From contig JAWAHN010000001.1 of the NCBI GenBank assembly GCA_038889235.1, forward strand, positions 150,001 to 182,000: a DNA stretch of 32,000 nt, written 5' to 3'. The position numbers and the translations under genes are program-made. Under the pieces are notes generated by a model. The model saw only the letters and a program-made list of their open reading frames with translations. It was not told the DNA's origin and ran no database searches. Shown here in pieces: positions 8,622-18,779 of this stretch. Every line of letters starts with the position of its first letter. Position 1 is the first letter of the stretch. The DNA comes from Candidatus Jordarchaeales archaeon (GTDB taxonomy: Archaea; Asgardarchaeota; Jordiarchaeia; Jordiarchaeales; Freyrarchaeaceae).

Positions 8622-11385
8622 TTATTTTGGTGGTGTTTGTTTTCTTTTTGTTAGTTTAGCTTGTTTAAGTTCGTCTAGTTCTTTTTTGAGGGTTTTTAGC
8701 TCTTTTCTTGTTTTTTGGAGTTCTTCTCTTGTTTTTGCGTCGCTTATTATGGTGAGTTCTCTTATTTTTGTTCTTGTGAGTGTGCTGTCGATTATTGCTA
8801 GTCTTTGTTGGATGAGTTCTTTTTCGTGGCTCAGTTCTGGTGTTTCTTTGATTGCTTTTAGTGTTCTGAGTAAGTGTTCTTTTTCTTTTATAAGTTTTAG
8901 GATTTTTGTTTGTTGGATTCTGGTTATTTTTTGGGGGTCGAAGAGGGTGTTGAAGGAGTGGTCGAGGATTTCCCTGAATTCTTCTGTGTCTCCTCCTTTC
9001 CATTTTCCGAGTGCTGGTCCAGCTTCGGCTTCCACGAGCCTTACGAGTTCTCTGAACCTTCTTTTGACCCACTCGACCTCAAGTCTGCCAGCTGCTCCTG
9101 TGATGCACAGTGCTTCTATGAGTTCGCCTTCAACTCTGATGAATTTTCCGATCCCGGGTTTCTAGGGTGTTGAATCCTCCGATCTTCGTTTCTTCAGCGA
9201 AGCTTCTTACGGCTGAGATGAATCCTGAGACGAGTGCTTCGTCTATTTCTAGGGAGAGGACGTCGAAGCTCCAGAGTGGAAGACTGGTTTCCTTGTGGAA
9301 GATTAGTATGTTTTCTATGGAGCTTAATGCTCTGGTGGGTACCCTCAGCCTCTTGTAGGCTCTTCTGCCGCTGATTCCGCCGGCTATCGCAGCGATTAAT
9401 GCGGCTCCCAGGATGGAGAACATGCGTGAGCTTTGCATGAATTGCAGGAGCTGTAGTGTGACGAGCATGAGTTCCAGTAAGTGGTCAGGAATCGGTGAGG
9501 GAGTATACTCGTAATAATAGACGCTCACCGTTTTTTTGCGTGGTGGCTATGCGGTTCCCCGACAAGGTTATGGTGAAGTTATATGGCCCTTCGCTGGGCG
9601 GCTTGAAGGCTATGAGGGTAGGTTCCGTTCTCGTAGTCGGTTACAGCTGCCTCGATCCGGCTTCCGTTAACGTAGAACACGTTCACGCTGGCGCCTGCAA
9701 CTGGGAACCCGTATCGCTCCTTGAAACGTATATCTTAATCTTCACGACGCTTACGCTCTCAACGTGAACCAAACTTACGAAACAGGATGCTTGAGCTGAG
9801 ACGCTGAAGTTCTTCTCTAGAAGCCCGACTTCTAGGCCACAGTAAACTAGCAGGCGGAGCACGTAGTTTCCGGGGTCTGCCACGCTCCATTCGAACGCGA
9901 CGTTGCCTCCGCTGAAGCCTGCCTGGTTTGTGAAGACGACACCTCCCGACTCGTTAAGTACTGTTAGGTTTGCCGTGCCAGTTAGCGCGGAGCTAAGCGT
10001 GCCGTTTATGGTTAAGTTGTCCCTGACGACAGCTCCGCCCACCTCCACCGGGCTCCAACCTTTGTAGAGCGCGTAAACTTTGAGCTGGAAGAGGACGTTT
10101 GCCCCCCACACTGGATAACCCATGTGCCGTTTGTGGCCTCGAACAGCAACATTCCAGAATCGTTACGCAGGTATGGCGAGTTGGATATAATGTTGCCGTT
10201 GATGACGTTGAGCGCTTCACCCGTCAGGTTCCACCAGTCTGCGGGAATTGAGACATTGATAAACTTACCTGCTCCAGCCTCTGGGAACCCCTGGTCTCCC
10301 GTGGTTTCAACCGTAACGTTCCAATACGCAGACTGGTCGGGCATTACGGAGTAGACTGTTGCTGCGTTCACTTGCTTGTAGAATGTTGAGTCCGCCTGAG
10401 TAACGTTGAAGTATACTGTGCTCGTGTAGTTCGTTGAAGCATTAAAGTGCACGTACCCGTCCTGCGATGGAGGCAAACGAGCTGTTATCATACACTTACC
10501 ATTTCCCCGCTGTCCTGGGACATCTTCAACAGTGAAGAAAGCCACGCCATCTAACCCAACTTTTAAGTCAACCTCACTCGGATAAACAAGCCCCGGTTCG
10601 ACCACGACGCGCATCTTGAAATCTACAGGCATATAATTCCATGGTTTAGACGGAGACTTAATGTAGGCGTATCCGTCATTGTTGGAGTCGTCTTCCACGT
10701 ATACCAGTAGGCAACCTTATCCACGCTTCCTTTAACTAGGACGAAGAACGTCTTATCATAAGTGTTGCTGGAGTTTAGAATGACCGAGGAAAAAGAGAAG
10801 TTTAGCCATCCTTCACTACCGGGAACTGGCAAATTGGCTTGAGCTAATACCGCCGATCCGGGTTCCGGAAATCCCGATGACTCATTAAACGATGCATTCG
10901 CAACGTAAAGAGTAATCATCTTTGCAACACTAAGAGTAATAGAACTAGAAGGATTTATGTATATTGAGATTCGGTTGAGGTTCACTGTGTCTGTTGGAAT
11001 TCTGAAGGACATTGCTAATAAGGTGTTGACACTAATCTCTTGGGAGCTTGTGTTCCCAGGTCTTTCTCTTGTCTTTATTGTTGCGTTTGGTGCTGTTATG
11101 TTTGTTATTGTTAGTGTTGTGTTTAGTATTCCCCAACCTTGCGGGCATGATATGTTGAAGCCGCTTTCGGTGTCTGCCTGACCGGGGCTTGTACTATTAC
11201 CGGTTATTATTAGCGTGGCATTAATGTCTGCTTCCTGACCCATTATGGTTGCAGTGTTTTTAGTGGAAAGTGTTGTTGCCGTGTGAAAAGTTGTTGGGTT
11301 TGGTGTGAAGATGGTTTAATGAAAAGAGGGTTAGTGCCAGAGTTAGTGTTAGCGTTAAGATAAGAGATTTTTATGTCTTTTTCAT
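8622..11385 (-). pseudogene. Frameshifted paralog of the 5548-8409 receptor (true pseudogene or consensus error)
   Basis: ORF fragments 10623-11243, 10012-10698, 9683-10123, 9130-9528 and 8622-9035 align colinearly with the intact paralog. The frame is restored by 1-bp indels at about 11320, 10700, 10102-10107, 9706-9707, 9616-9618, 9531-9537 and 9153-9155. The ATG at 11385 opens a signal peptide that has a TAA at codon 5. Confidence 0.85.
11073..11183. repeat. 111-bp perfect direct repeat, copy 2 (inside the frameshifted paralog)
   Basis: Identical to 8110-8220. Confidence 0.95.
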
Positions 11386-11542
11386 TGCGATTTTTTCAAT
11401 AAGAGCGCCCCCCTCCAAGGTCCCGCGACAATCTAGAAAATAAATATCCAGTTTTATAAGTTTGTTAATTACACGTTGCTATTTTGGCTGTTAAGTAAGG
11501 GTTATTTGTCCCTAAGTTGATTTCTTGTTTTTGGTGGTTGTT

Positions 11543-12565
11543 TTGCAGTTGGAGATTGTTGAGCCTGGTGAGCTTCTCGATGTTGATGGTCGGCTGAGGG
11601 TGCGTGGCTGGGCTCGCCGCCCTATTCTTCGTTATGAGAGGGGTAGGGTTCGCGCTCCGTGGTGTAGGATAAAGGAGTGGGATTACTACTGTGTGCTCTG
11701 TTCAAGGTACGGTTTTGCTTTGACTTGCGCTGACCTAGGTTATTTGGGTTTGGTTTCGGCTGTTTGGCTTGACTTCGAGGAGGGGGGCTTTCACCAGGAG
11801 AGTAGGATGGTTCTTCTTCCTCGTGGTAGGATGGGGCTTCCAGAGAGCTCTGGGGAGGGTGATGTGGTTTATGAGGACGGGCGTGTGAGTTTGAGGTTTC
11901 TTAAAAGGGGGGTGGAGAGGAGACTGATTGTTGAGTGGCCGGGCTTCATGAACGGTGGTGGCTTGAGCGTTAATGTTGGGCTCAGCGAGGATCCAGGAGC
12001 AGACAGCATGGTGATTGTTGTTCCCTTCAAGAATCCGAGGCAATTCTACTATAATAGGAAGGTTAACTGTATGCCCGCTGAGGGTGTCGTCGTGGTGAAT
12101 GGTGAAGTGAAACAGTTCGGTGGGCGAGACTGCTTCGGTGTCCTTGACTGGGGTCGGGGCGTGTGGCCCTACAAGTGTGAGTGGTATTGGGGTTCCCTTT
12201 CGACTAGGCTTGAGGATGGAAGGGTTTTCGGGTTCAACATTGGTTACGGATTTGGGGACACGTCAGCGGCGACCGAGAACATCGTGTTCGTGGATGGAAG
12301 GGGGCATAAGCTTGACCAGGTGACGTTCCACTTCGACAGAAAGGATTACTTGAAGCCCTGGACTTTCACGAGCAACGACGGAAGATTCGAGATGACCATG
12401 GAACCCATACTTGACAGGTGCTCTAAAACGAACCTCCTGGTGCTCAAGAGTGTGCAGCACCAGGTTTTCGGAAAGTTCACGGGGCGAGTAATTCTGGACG
12501 ACGGCTCAGAAGTGAGGGTGAGGGACGCGGTGGGCTTTGCAGAGTACGTCGTAAACAGGTGGTGA
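11543..12565 (+). CDS. DUF2804 family protein
   Basis: RIKEWDYY, ADLGYLG, YYNRKVNCMPAEG, LDWGRGVWPY and FGFNIGYGFGDTSAATEN motifs. TTG start with a GGTGG RBS. Confidence 0.8.
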   Translation: MQLEIVEPGELLDVDGRLRVRGWARRPILRYERGRVRAPWCRIKEWDYYCVLCSRYGFALTCADLGYLGLVSAVWLDFEEGGFHQESRMVLLPRGRMGLPESSGEGDVVYEDGRVSLRFLKRGVERRLIVEWPGFMNGGGLSVNVGLSEDPGADSMVIVVPFKNPRQFYYNRKVNCMPAEGVVVVNGEVKQFGGRDCFGVLDWGRGVWPYKCEWYWGSLSTRLEDGRVFGFNIGYGFGDTSAATENIVFVDGRGHKLDQVTFHFDRKDYLKPWTFTSNDGRFEMTMEPILDRCSKTNLLVLKSVQHQVFGKFTGRVILDDGSEVRVRDAVGFAEYVVNRW

Positions 12566-12639
12566 AAGGTTAAAGCTACCCGGTGGAGGTTCGCGTTCCT
12601 CGAAGGCAAAGGGTTGCTGGTCCCTTAGGGGAGGGTCTT

Positions 12640-14457
12640 CTATGGAAGAAGTATGGCTTTTATGAATGTCTGGTAGAATTTTTTGTCGATTGAAAGCTCT
12701 ACGTAATGGATTTTCTCCAAAAGTTCTTCAGCCTCCTTTCTTACTTTTGTCGACTTTAGGGCCATTTTCGCCCCTCCAACCGCGGTGTCGCCTGCAAAGA
12801 CTATTTTTCCCGTTTCCACGTCTGGAAGCAAGCCTATGACCTTGGCGCTCTCGATGTCTATGTGTTTTCCGAAGGAGCCTGCAATGTATATTCGGTCGAG
12901 CTGCTGGGGGGTTATTCCCATGTTCTCCATAAGGGTCTGCCAGCCTGACCTTATAGCTGCTTTGGCGAGAAGGAACTCGTTGATATCCTTCTCGGTGACT
13001 GTTATGGGCCTCCCGCTTTCGGTTTCATCGCCCCACGCCACCACGAACACCGGCACTTTGTCGCGCACTATTCTCTCGTGTTCCACAATGAACTTGCCGT
13101 TCCTTCCTATGATCCCAGCCTTGTAAAGCTCTGCTATAAGCTCGATCATTCCGCTCCCACAGATTCCCTTGGGCCTCGCTCCTCCCACAACCTCGTAGTA
13201 GACTTTTGTTCCCTCCAAACGCACACTCTCTATGGCTCCAGTGACAGCTTTCATGCCGTGGGTTATGTGTGCTCCTTCAAACGCCGGTCCTGAGGGGGCG
13301 GAGCAGGCGAATATTCCATCCCGGTTTCCTATCATTATCTCGGTGTTCGTCCCAACATCTATGACCATGCTCATCTCGCTCTTCTTGTGAACTCCAGTGA
13401 TTAGTATGTCGGCTACAGCGTCCGCCCCTACGAAGCCAGCTATGATTGGAAGAGAAGTAACGCGGCCGTTTGGATTTATTTCGACGCCGAGCTCGTGCGC
13501 CGGGGCGCTTATGATGCCTCTCACCACGGGGACGAATGGGGAGACGCCGACATACTTTGGGCTTATGCCGAAGAGAAGATGGTGCATAACGGTGTTCCCG
13601 ACAACGACAGCCTCGTAAACCCTATCCTTCTTCACGCCAGCCCTACCGCAGACGTCTTCCACGAGACTGTTTATCGCCCCGACAACCACCCTTTGAAGCC
13701 TCTTCAGGTTGTCCTCACCTTTCGAAGCATAGGTAATCCTGGAGACCACATCCTCGCCGTACGCCACCTGGGGGTTCTCAACCCCACCTCTAGCAAGCGT
13801 CTCGCCGGAGTTAAGGTCGACGAGATGGCATACTATCTTTGAGGAGCCGACGTCCAAGCCGAGCCCATACTTCTCAGTCGACGTGTCTCCAGCCTCCACG
13901 TCCAGTAGCCTTCCATTCCAAAGAACCGCAGTCACACACCAGTCTGCTCCCCTCAAAACCTCTGGAAGCTTTCTAACCAGCTGGAGATCAACGCCAACAG
14001 GCATGAGGTGGGTATAGTGGATGAGCGCGTCTCTAAGTCTCTCAAAGTCAGGTCTGATATCGCTGAGGGAGGGCTTGGGAAGCCTTAATGGAACCTTGAC
14101 GACCGCAGGCTCCAAGGGAACCTCTTGTTCTATAGACACCTCTGCTATCTTCCTTGCAGCCATCCTGCTCTCAAGCGGAACTAGGACCGTTAAAGAACCC
14201 TCAGACACATATGCCTGACATGCAAGCCTATACCCTGAAGCTAGCTCCTCCCCGTTGAGGTATTTCAGCTCCACGCTTGTCGGGGGGTTGACCTCAGCTC
14301 TTCCACCGGTCAAAACCACCCTGCACTTGCCGCAAACCCCTTTCCCGCCGCAGTCAGACCTTAGACTGACGCCGGCGCTTCTAGCTATTTCGAGTATAGA
14401 TGCCGGCTTAGATCTAACTTTCCGCCCTTCGGGTTCAAAAGTCACCGTGACACTCAT
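12640..14457 (-). CDS. Corrinoid reductive activator (RACo/ASKHA family with N-terminal 2Fe-2S domain; MtoD/AcsV-like)
   Basis: CGGKGVCGKC...RLACQA 2Fe-2S motif, plus GLDVGSS, NPQVAYGEDVVSRI, IDVGTNTEI, SAPSGPAFEGA and GICGSG. Confidence 0.92.
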   Translation of the reverse strand: MSVTVTFEPEGRKVRSKPASILEIARSAGVSLRSDCGGKGVCGKCRVVLTGGRAEVNPPTSVELKYLNGEELASGYRLACQAYVSEGSLTVLVPLESRMAARKIAEVSIEQEVPLEPAVVKVPLRLPKPSLSDIRPDFERLRDALIHYTHLMPVGVDLQLVRKLPEVLRGADWCVTAVLWNGRLLDVEAGDTSTEKYGLGLDVGSSKIVCHLVDLNSGETLARGGVENPQVAYGEDVVSRITYASKGEDNLKRLQRVVVGAINSLVEDVCGRAGVKKDRVYEAVVVGNTVMHHLLFGISPKYVGVSPFVPVVRGIISAPAHELGVEINPNGRVTSLPIIAGFVGADAVADILITGVHKKSEMSMVIDVGTNTEIMIGNRDGIFACSAPSGPAFEGAHITHGMKAVTGAIESVRLEGTKVYYEVVGGARPKGICGSGMIELIAELYKAGIIGRNGKFIVEHERIVRDKVPVFVVAWGDETESGRPITVTEKDINEFLLAKAAIRSGWQTLMENMGITPQQLDRIYIAGSFGKHIDIESAKVIGLLPDVETGKIVFAGDTAVGGAKMALKSTKVRKEAEELLEKIHYVELSIDKKFYQTFIKAILLP

Positions 14458-14467
14458 CTTTTTAGCC

Positions 14468-15337
14468 TCAAAGCTCTATGAACTCTTTCATCCTGTAAGC
14501 GTACCTGTACGACGAGGTCACCGTGTAGACCGCTGGGAAAACATGCTTGCAGTCTTCTATCGGCCCATAGAGAACGAAGTTTGATCCTAGGATGAGCTGC
14601 ATGGTGTTCGCTATCACGGCAGCGGACTTCGCCGCCTCCTTGCCCAAGCGGTCTTTCAGTCCACTCCACGTGGCGACGGCGTTGTGGGCTCCGGAGCCGC
14701 AAGGTAGACCGTACCTCCTCTTTATCTCAACCGCCGCTATGGCTGCAGGGGTGAGGCTTGGAACGTCTATGACGAAGGTGTCCACTAGGGGTTTTGTAAC
14801 TCCGGCTGCCTCGGCTTTCGGCAGCAGCTTCTCTAGGACTTCAACCCTTGCCTTGCTGCTCATCACGTTCCTCGTGTAGGTTAGCAGTATCGCTGCTTTG
14901 ACACCGCTCTCCTCTAAAGCTGCAAACTCAAAGTCCTTTGACTCCGCCGAAAGGGAGTTGTAAATCATCCTATTCTCTGCTCCCATCTCTTTCGCGAACT
15001 TGAGGGCTTGAATTTTCACTTCGGGCGTTGGTGAGTCGAGGAGGAACGGCTTATCCGTGGCGTCGACGATGAACTCCATGTACCTTCTCGCCGCCTCCTC
15101 CGTTGAAGCCACCACGTCTACTAGCCCGGGTAACCCTGTTTTGTCGCTGAGCTCCTCCATCTCCCTCAGCAGCTTCTCAGCTCCTCCTTTATTGTAAACG
15201 CCCCTCTTTTCGTCTTCAACAATCTTGTGCTTGGCATAAAACATGCTCCCCACGAGGACTATGGGGTTTTCTCCAGGCTGCCCGCCAAACTTGACTCCAG
15301 CAACGTCAAAAACCTTCTGCTCCGTCTTGAAGCGCAA
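14468..15337 (-). CDS. MtrH-family methyl-corrinoid:tetrahydropterin methyltransferase (MtoA/MtgA-like)
   Basis: KFGGQPGENPIVLVGSMFYAKHKIV, IYNSL and GLPCGSGAHNA. The TTG start lies 5 nt after the MFS stop. Confidence 0.88.
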   Translation of the reverse strand: MRFKTEQKVFDVAGVKFGGQPGENPIVLVGSMFYAKHKIVEDEKRGVYNKGGAEKLLREMEELSDKTGLPGLVDVVASTEEAARRYMEFIVDATDKPFLLDSPTPEVKIQALKFAKEMGAENRMIYNSLSAESKDFEFAALEESGVKAAILLTYTRNVMSSKARVEVLEKLLPKAEAAGVTKPLVDTFVIDVPSLTPAAIAAVEIKRRYGLPCGSGAHNAVATWSGLKDRLGKEAAKSAAVIANTMQLILGSNFVLYGPIEDCKHVFPAVYTVTSSYRYAYRMKEFIEL

Positions 15338-15341
15338 CACT

Positions 15342-16784
15342 TCAACCACCACCCCTCAAAAGTTTCCTGGCGCCTAACGCGACAATGAGCGTTGACGCCA
15401 GGTGGAGAACGGTAAAGAGCAGTATTGAACCGAAATATGTTCCGGTGGCGTCCCTTATAAAGGCTCCAACATAGGGCCCTATGATGGACGAGAAAGCCAC
15501 CGACGAGTTCAATATCACGGTTATCCTGCCAGCTGCTTTTCCGCCGAAGAAGTGTGGAACTGCTGCGAAGTGGACTGTCGGCTCTCCTCCCAGGGCGAAG
15601 TACACGGCGACTCCTAGGATGAGAAGCAGCGCCGAGTTAGTGTAGCCAAGGTAGAACGCTATGCAAGCTACGCCGGCAAGCGTGTAGACTATTGGCAAGG
15701 TTCTTAGGGGGCCGCCTATCCTATCGTTGAGGTTGCCCCAGATTAGTGCTCCAAGGGCGTTTGCAACAGCCGTTACGCTCATGAATAGTGGAATTATATT
15801 GTTTGAGATGTAATTTGTGACGTAGCTGGCGAGAGCTGCCAGTTGGCTTCCCGTGAAGTATCGCATGTAGCTTACCAGGTTGGCGTCTATCCCCATGCTC
15901 TTAGTTAAGCCCTCAACTACTATTGTGGCGACGTTGAGTATGAAGAGGAACCACCCTATCGCCGTCGCCACCATTATTGTGAAGAGGATCCAGAAGCGTC
16001 TATCTCTGACAGCTTCTTTGAGGGAATATTCGGCTAACGTGGCGGCCGTTCTTTCTTCGGCATTGTTGATGCTGCCAGCGCTCCACCCTTCAGGCGGGTT
16101 TTTCCACAAGGCGACGCCGACTCCATATGCTAGGACAAAGACGATTATTCCCAAAGCTATGAATGCGTCAGATAAGCCCTTTCTAAGAGGGAGGTACAAG
16201 GTTAACGTAATCAGGTGCTGCGGTGTGACTGTGGAGGCCACTATGGTTGAAGCTAGGAGCGGCGCGTTGGAGGTGCTTCTCGACAGTATGATGTAGGTTA
16301 GGAGTGGAGCTAGCAATAGTGGGGAGAGGTTTTGACCCGCGATCGTTACACCGAAGGCTCTGCCGGGTCTATCGACAAACCATTTACCTATAAGCCCCGG
16401 GAAGGTTCCGATGAACAATGCGACGCCAGCGCCTATTAGGAATGAGCCAAGGTACCAGTATGTTTTCGCGTGTTCCCAGAAGTATAAGCTGAACATGTGC
16501 GATACGATGAGCGCACCGGCTAGGAAGACTAAACCTGATGCTGCCATCGGTATCTTTGGCCCTAAGCGGTCTACGGCAAACCCTGCTGGAACCTGGAAGA
16601 TGAGTAGGGCAACACCCATAAGTGAGGCTGAGAGGGTTACGGGGGCTACTTCACTTAAGCCGTAGATTTGCAGGATGTAAGGGTAGAACTGGCTCCATAT
16701 GAAGGCTACAACGATGAACATGGCAAGGGCCGCTGCGGAAAGCGGGTAGAACCATCTGTAGCGTCCACTAGCGTTGGGCTTCAT
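15342..16784 (-). CDS. MFS transporter (OFA-like)
   Basis: About 12 hydrophobic helices, with MFS loop motifs GFAVDRLGPK, KWFVDRPGRAFG and GNLNDRIGG. Confidence 0.88.
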   Translation of the reverse strand: MKPNASGRYRWFYPLSAAALAMFIVVAFIWSQFYPYILQIYGLSEVAPVTLSASLMGVALLIFQVPAGFAVDRLGPKIPMAASGLVFLAGALIVSHMFSLYFWEHAKTYWYLGSFLIGAGVALFIGTFPGLIGKWFVDRPGRAFGVTIAGQNLSPLLLAPLLTYIILSRSTSNAPLLASTIVASTVTPQHLITLTLYLPLRKGLSDAFIALGIIVFVLAYGVGVALWKNPPEGWSAGSINNAEERTAATLAEYSLKEAVRDRRFWILFTIMVATAIGWFLFILNVATIVVEGLTKSMGIDANLVSYMRYFTGSQLAALASYVTNYISNNIIPLFMSVTAVANALGALIWGNLNDRIGGPLRTLPIVYTLAGVACIAFYLGYTNSALLLILGVAVYFALGGEPTVHFAAVPHFFGGKAAGRITVILNSSVAFSSIIGPYVGAFIRDATGTYFGSILLFTVLHLASTLIVALGARKLLRGGG

Positions 16785-16837
16785 AGTTAACTCCTCCTTG
16801 AATAAAAAAGTTGGAAGTTAAAGTGGAATTGTGTGGG

Positions 16838-18097
16838 TTAATATCTGCCGTACTTTTTCACTGCTTCAACCATTGCTTTCAAGTTTTCTGGCTTCACGTC
16901 TCTCGAGAGGCCGCCGTCGACTCCCGGCCAGACCATGAATCCGCCCTCTTTTACGTCTTCGAGGAGTTTCTTCATGAATTCCTCGACTTTCTGCGGTGTC
17001 CCGCCTATGAGTAGAGCGTTTGGTGGGCCGCTCACGAGTATCACGTGGTCACCTGCTACCTCTCTAACCTTTCTAGGGTCAGTCTTTTCGAAGACTCCGA
17101 TAACCTTCTTCTTTGGAAGCTCGCGCAGGGTTTCTAGGTGTGCATCATGCCTTCCTTCGAAAAGGACGAAGGGGGTCTGCCCCATCTTGATTACTTCGTT
17201 AAAAACTTTTTTCAGGTAGGGCCAGTAGAACTCGTTGTAAAGCTTCGGGTTCAGGTACTCGTTAAGGTGTAGTGGGAAGAAGCATTGAACTATGTCTGTT
17301 CCGAGCTGCTTCTTGACCTCCGGTGGTATTGCACCGGATATTGCAGCGGTCTTTACGAACACCGGTGTTAGGGCCTCGACGGCCGCCTTAACCTTGTCGG
17401 GGTATCTGTAGAGGTCAAGCACTATGTTCTTTACGTCCCTCAGAAAGTCACCGATGAAGTCGAGTGGGGCATATGACCACGACATAGGTATTGCCGGATA
17501 GCCGAGACCTATGAGGCCGGCTATGAGGCTGTTGAAAAACGCGTTGTAACGTTCAACCTCCATTCCAAACTTCGCAAGTGTGGCGTTGTATTCGGGTGAG
17601 CCGACATCCCTTAACCCTTCGCACATTCTCGGCAGGATCACACGGTGTATGAAGTCCAGCGGGTTCTCAGCCAGCTGCTCGTATTCTTCGACCTTCATCA
17701 ACTCCTTTCCTATAAACTGAGGGTGAGCGTTTTCCGCAAGCTCTATTCCGGGCCACCTTGTGAAAACGTCCCTGAGAACTTCATGGAACTTCCCTACCAG
17801 GAACCTTGAGGAGATCCCTATTTCGGGCTGTTTTTCCATGAACGCCGTGCACAGGATCATTCCTTCCAGTCCGGCTATTACAGCCCAGGAGTCGAAGTCA
17901 AAGTCCCTCGCTACTTTGAGGGCTGCTTCCTTGCACTTGTTGTAGTCGAAGAGCACTTCACGCGTGGTGTAGCCTGCGTAGGTTCCATGCCACACGGCGG
18001 TCGCAGCGTATATCGGCACTCTGTCGGGCTCTTTGCCCTTCATCACAGCCTCAAGCCTTTCAAGCCTCTCCTTGTAGAGTTGCATGGGATCCACCAT
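16838..18097 (-). CDS. URO-D/CmuA-like substrate:corrinoid methyltransferase (MtoB-like role)
   Basis: N-terminal EPDRVPI, APLDFIGDFLR, FFPLH...LNPKLYNEFYWPYLKK, and C-terminal GGF...LSRDVKPENLKAMVEAVKKYG. It lies directly downstream of a corrinoid protein. Confidence 0.8.
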   Translation of the reverse strand: MVDPMQLYKERLERLEAVMKGKEPDRVPIYAATAVWHGTYAGYTTREVLFDYNKCKEAALKVARDFDFDSWAVIAGLEGMILCTAFMEKQPEIGISSRFLVGKFHEVLRDVFTRWPGIELAENAHPQFIGKELMKVEEYEQLAENPLDFIHRVILPRMCEGLRDVGSPEYNATLAKFGMEVERYNAFFNSLIAGLIGLGYPAIPMSWSYAPLDFIGDFLRDVKNIVLDLYRYPDKVKAAVEALTPVFVKTAAISGAIPPEVKKQLGTDIVQCFFPLHLNEYLNPKLYNEFYWPYLKKVFNEVIKMGQTPFVLFEGRHDAHLETLRELPKKKVIGVFEKTDPRKVREVAGDHVILVSGPPNALLIGGTPQKVEEFMKKLLEDVKEGGFMVWPGVDGGLSRDVKPENLKAMVEAVKKYGRY

Positions 18098-18098
18098 T

Positions 18099-18731
18099 TC
18101 ACGCCACCCCCGCCAACTTCTTTATCTTACGCACTCCGACCGCTGCATCATCTGCCCAGTCATCGGCTCCGGTGTACGCTTTTACCTCCTCGCTCGTTCT
18201 CCCTCCGCCGATGATCACTTTTACTTTATCTCTTAGCCCAGCGGCCTTTATGGCTTCAATCGTCTTCTTCATGGACTCGATAGCTTCGGTGAGCAGACCG
18301 CTTAGGCCGACGACTTTAGGGTTATACTTTTTGATGGCGTCAACGAAAGCCTGCGGTGGCTGATCGACTCCTAGGTTAATCACTTCGAAACCCTCTGCTT
18401 CGAGAAGTGCTGTAACTATGCTCAGCCCTATGTCGTGGACGTCGCCCTCAACAGTCCCCAAAACTATTCTACCCTTGCTCACGCCTTTTTTCGCCCCTAT
18501 AACTGGCTTTAGGAGCTCCATGATTTGTTTAAGAATTTCGCCGGCCATTATTAGGTCTGAAACGAAGTATTGTCCTTCTTCGAACCGTTTGCCTATAATG
18601 TCCGTTGCCTTTCTAACGTCGTCGAGTATAACGAAGGGGTCCTCTTTAGACTCTATTCGTTTCTTGACGAGTTCGAGGGTCTTGGCTTCGTTGAGATCTG
18701 CAAGAGCATTTACAAATTCCTCGCCCGCCAT
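18099..18731 (-). CDS. Corrinoid (B12-binding) methyl-carrier protein (MtoC/MttC-like)
   Basis: N-terminal B12 cap domain, GDVHDIG (DxHxxG), VGLSGLL and IIGGG. Confidence 0.93.
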   Translation of the reverse strand: MAGEEFVNALADLNEAKTLELVKKRIESKEDPFVILDDVRKATDIIGKRFEEGQYFVSDLIMAGEILKQIMELLKPVIGAKKGVSKGRIVLGTVEGDVHDIGLSIVTALLEAEGFEVINLGVDQPPQAFVDAIKKYNPKVVGLSGLLTEAIESMKKTIEAIKAAGLRDKVKVIIGGGRTSEEVKAYTGADDWADDAAVGVRKIKKLAGVA

Positions 18732-18779
18732 CCCTCAAACACCCAAAAATAAGTAGAAGAAAATGTAAATTAAAATGTA

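Noticed and set aside
8533-9165. 210-aa + strand hydrophobic ORF
   Set aside because: It is the antisense shadow of the A-rich coiled-coil end of the frameshifted paralog.
7500-11183. Diversity-generating retroelement as the cause of receptor variation
   Set aside because: There is no reverse transcriptase in the window, and the repeat pair is fully identical rather than differing at adenines.
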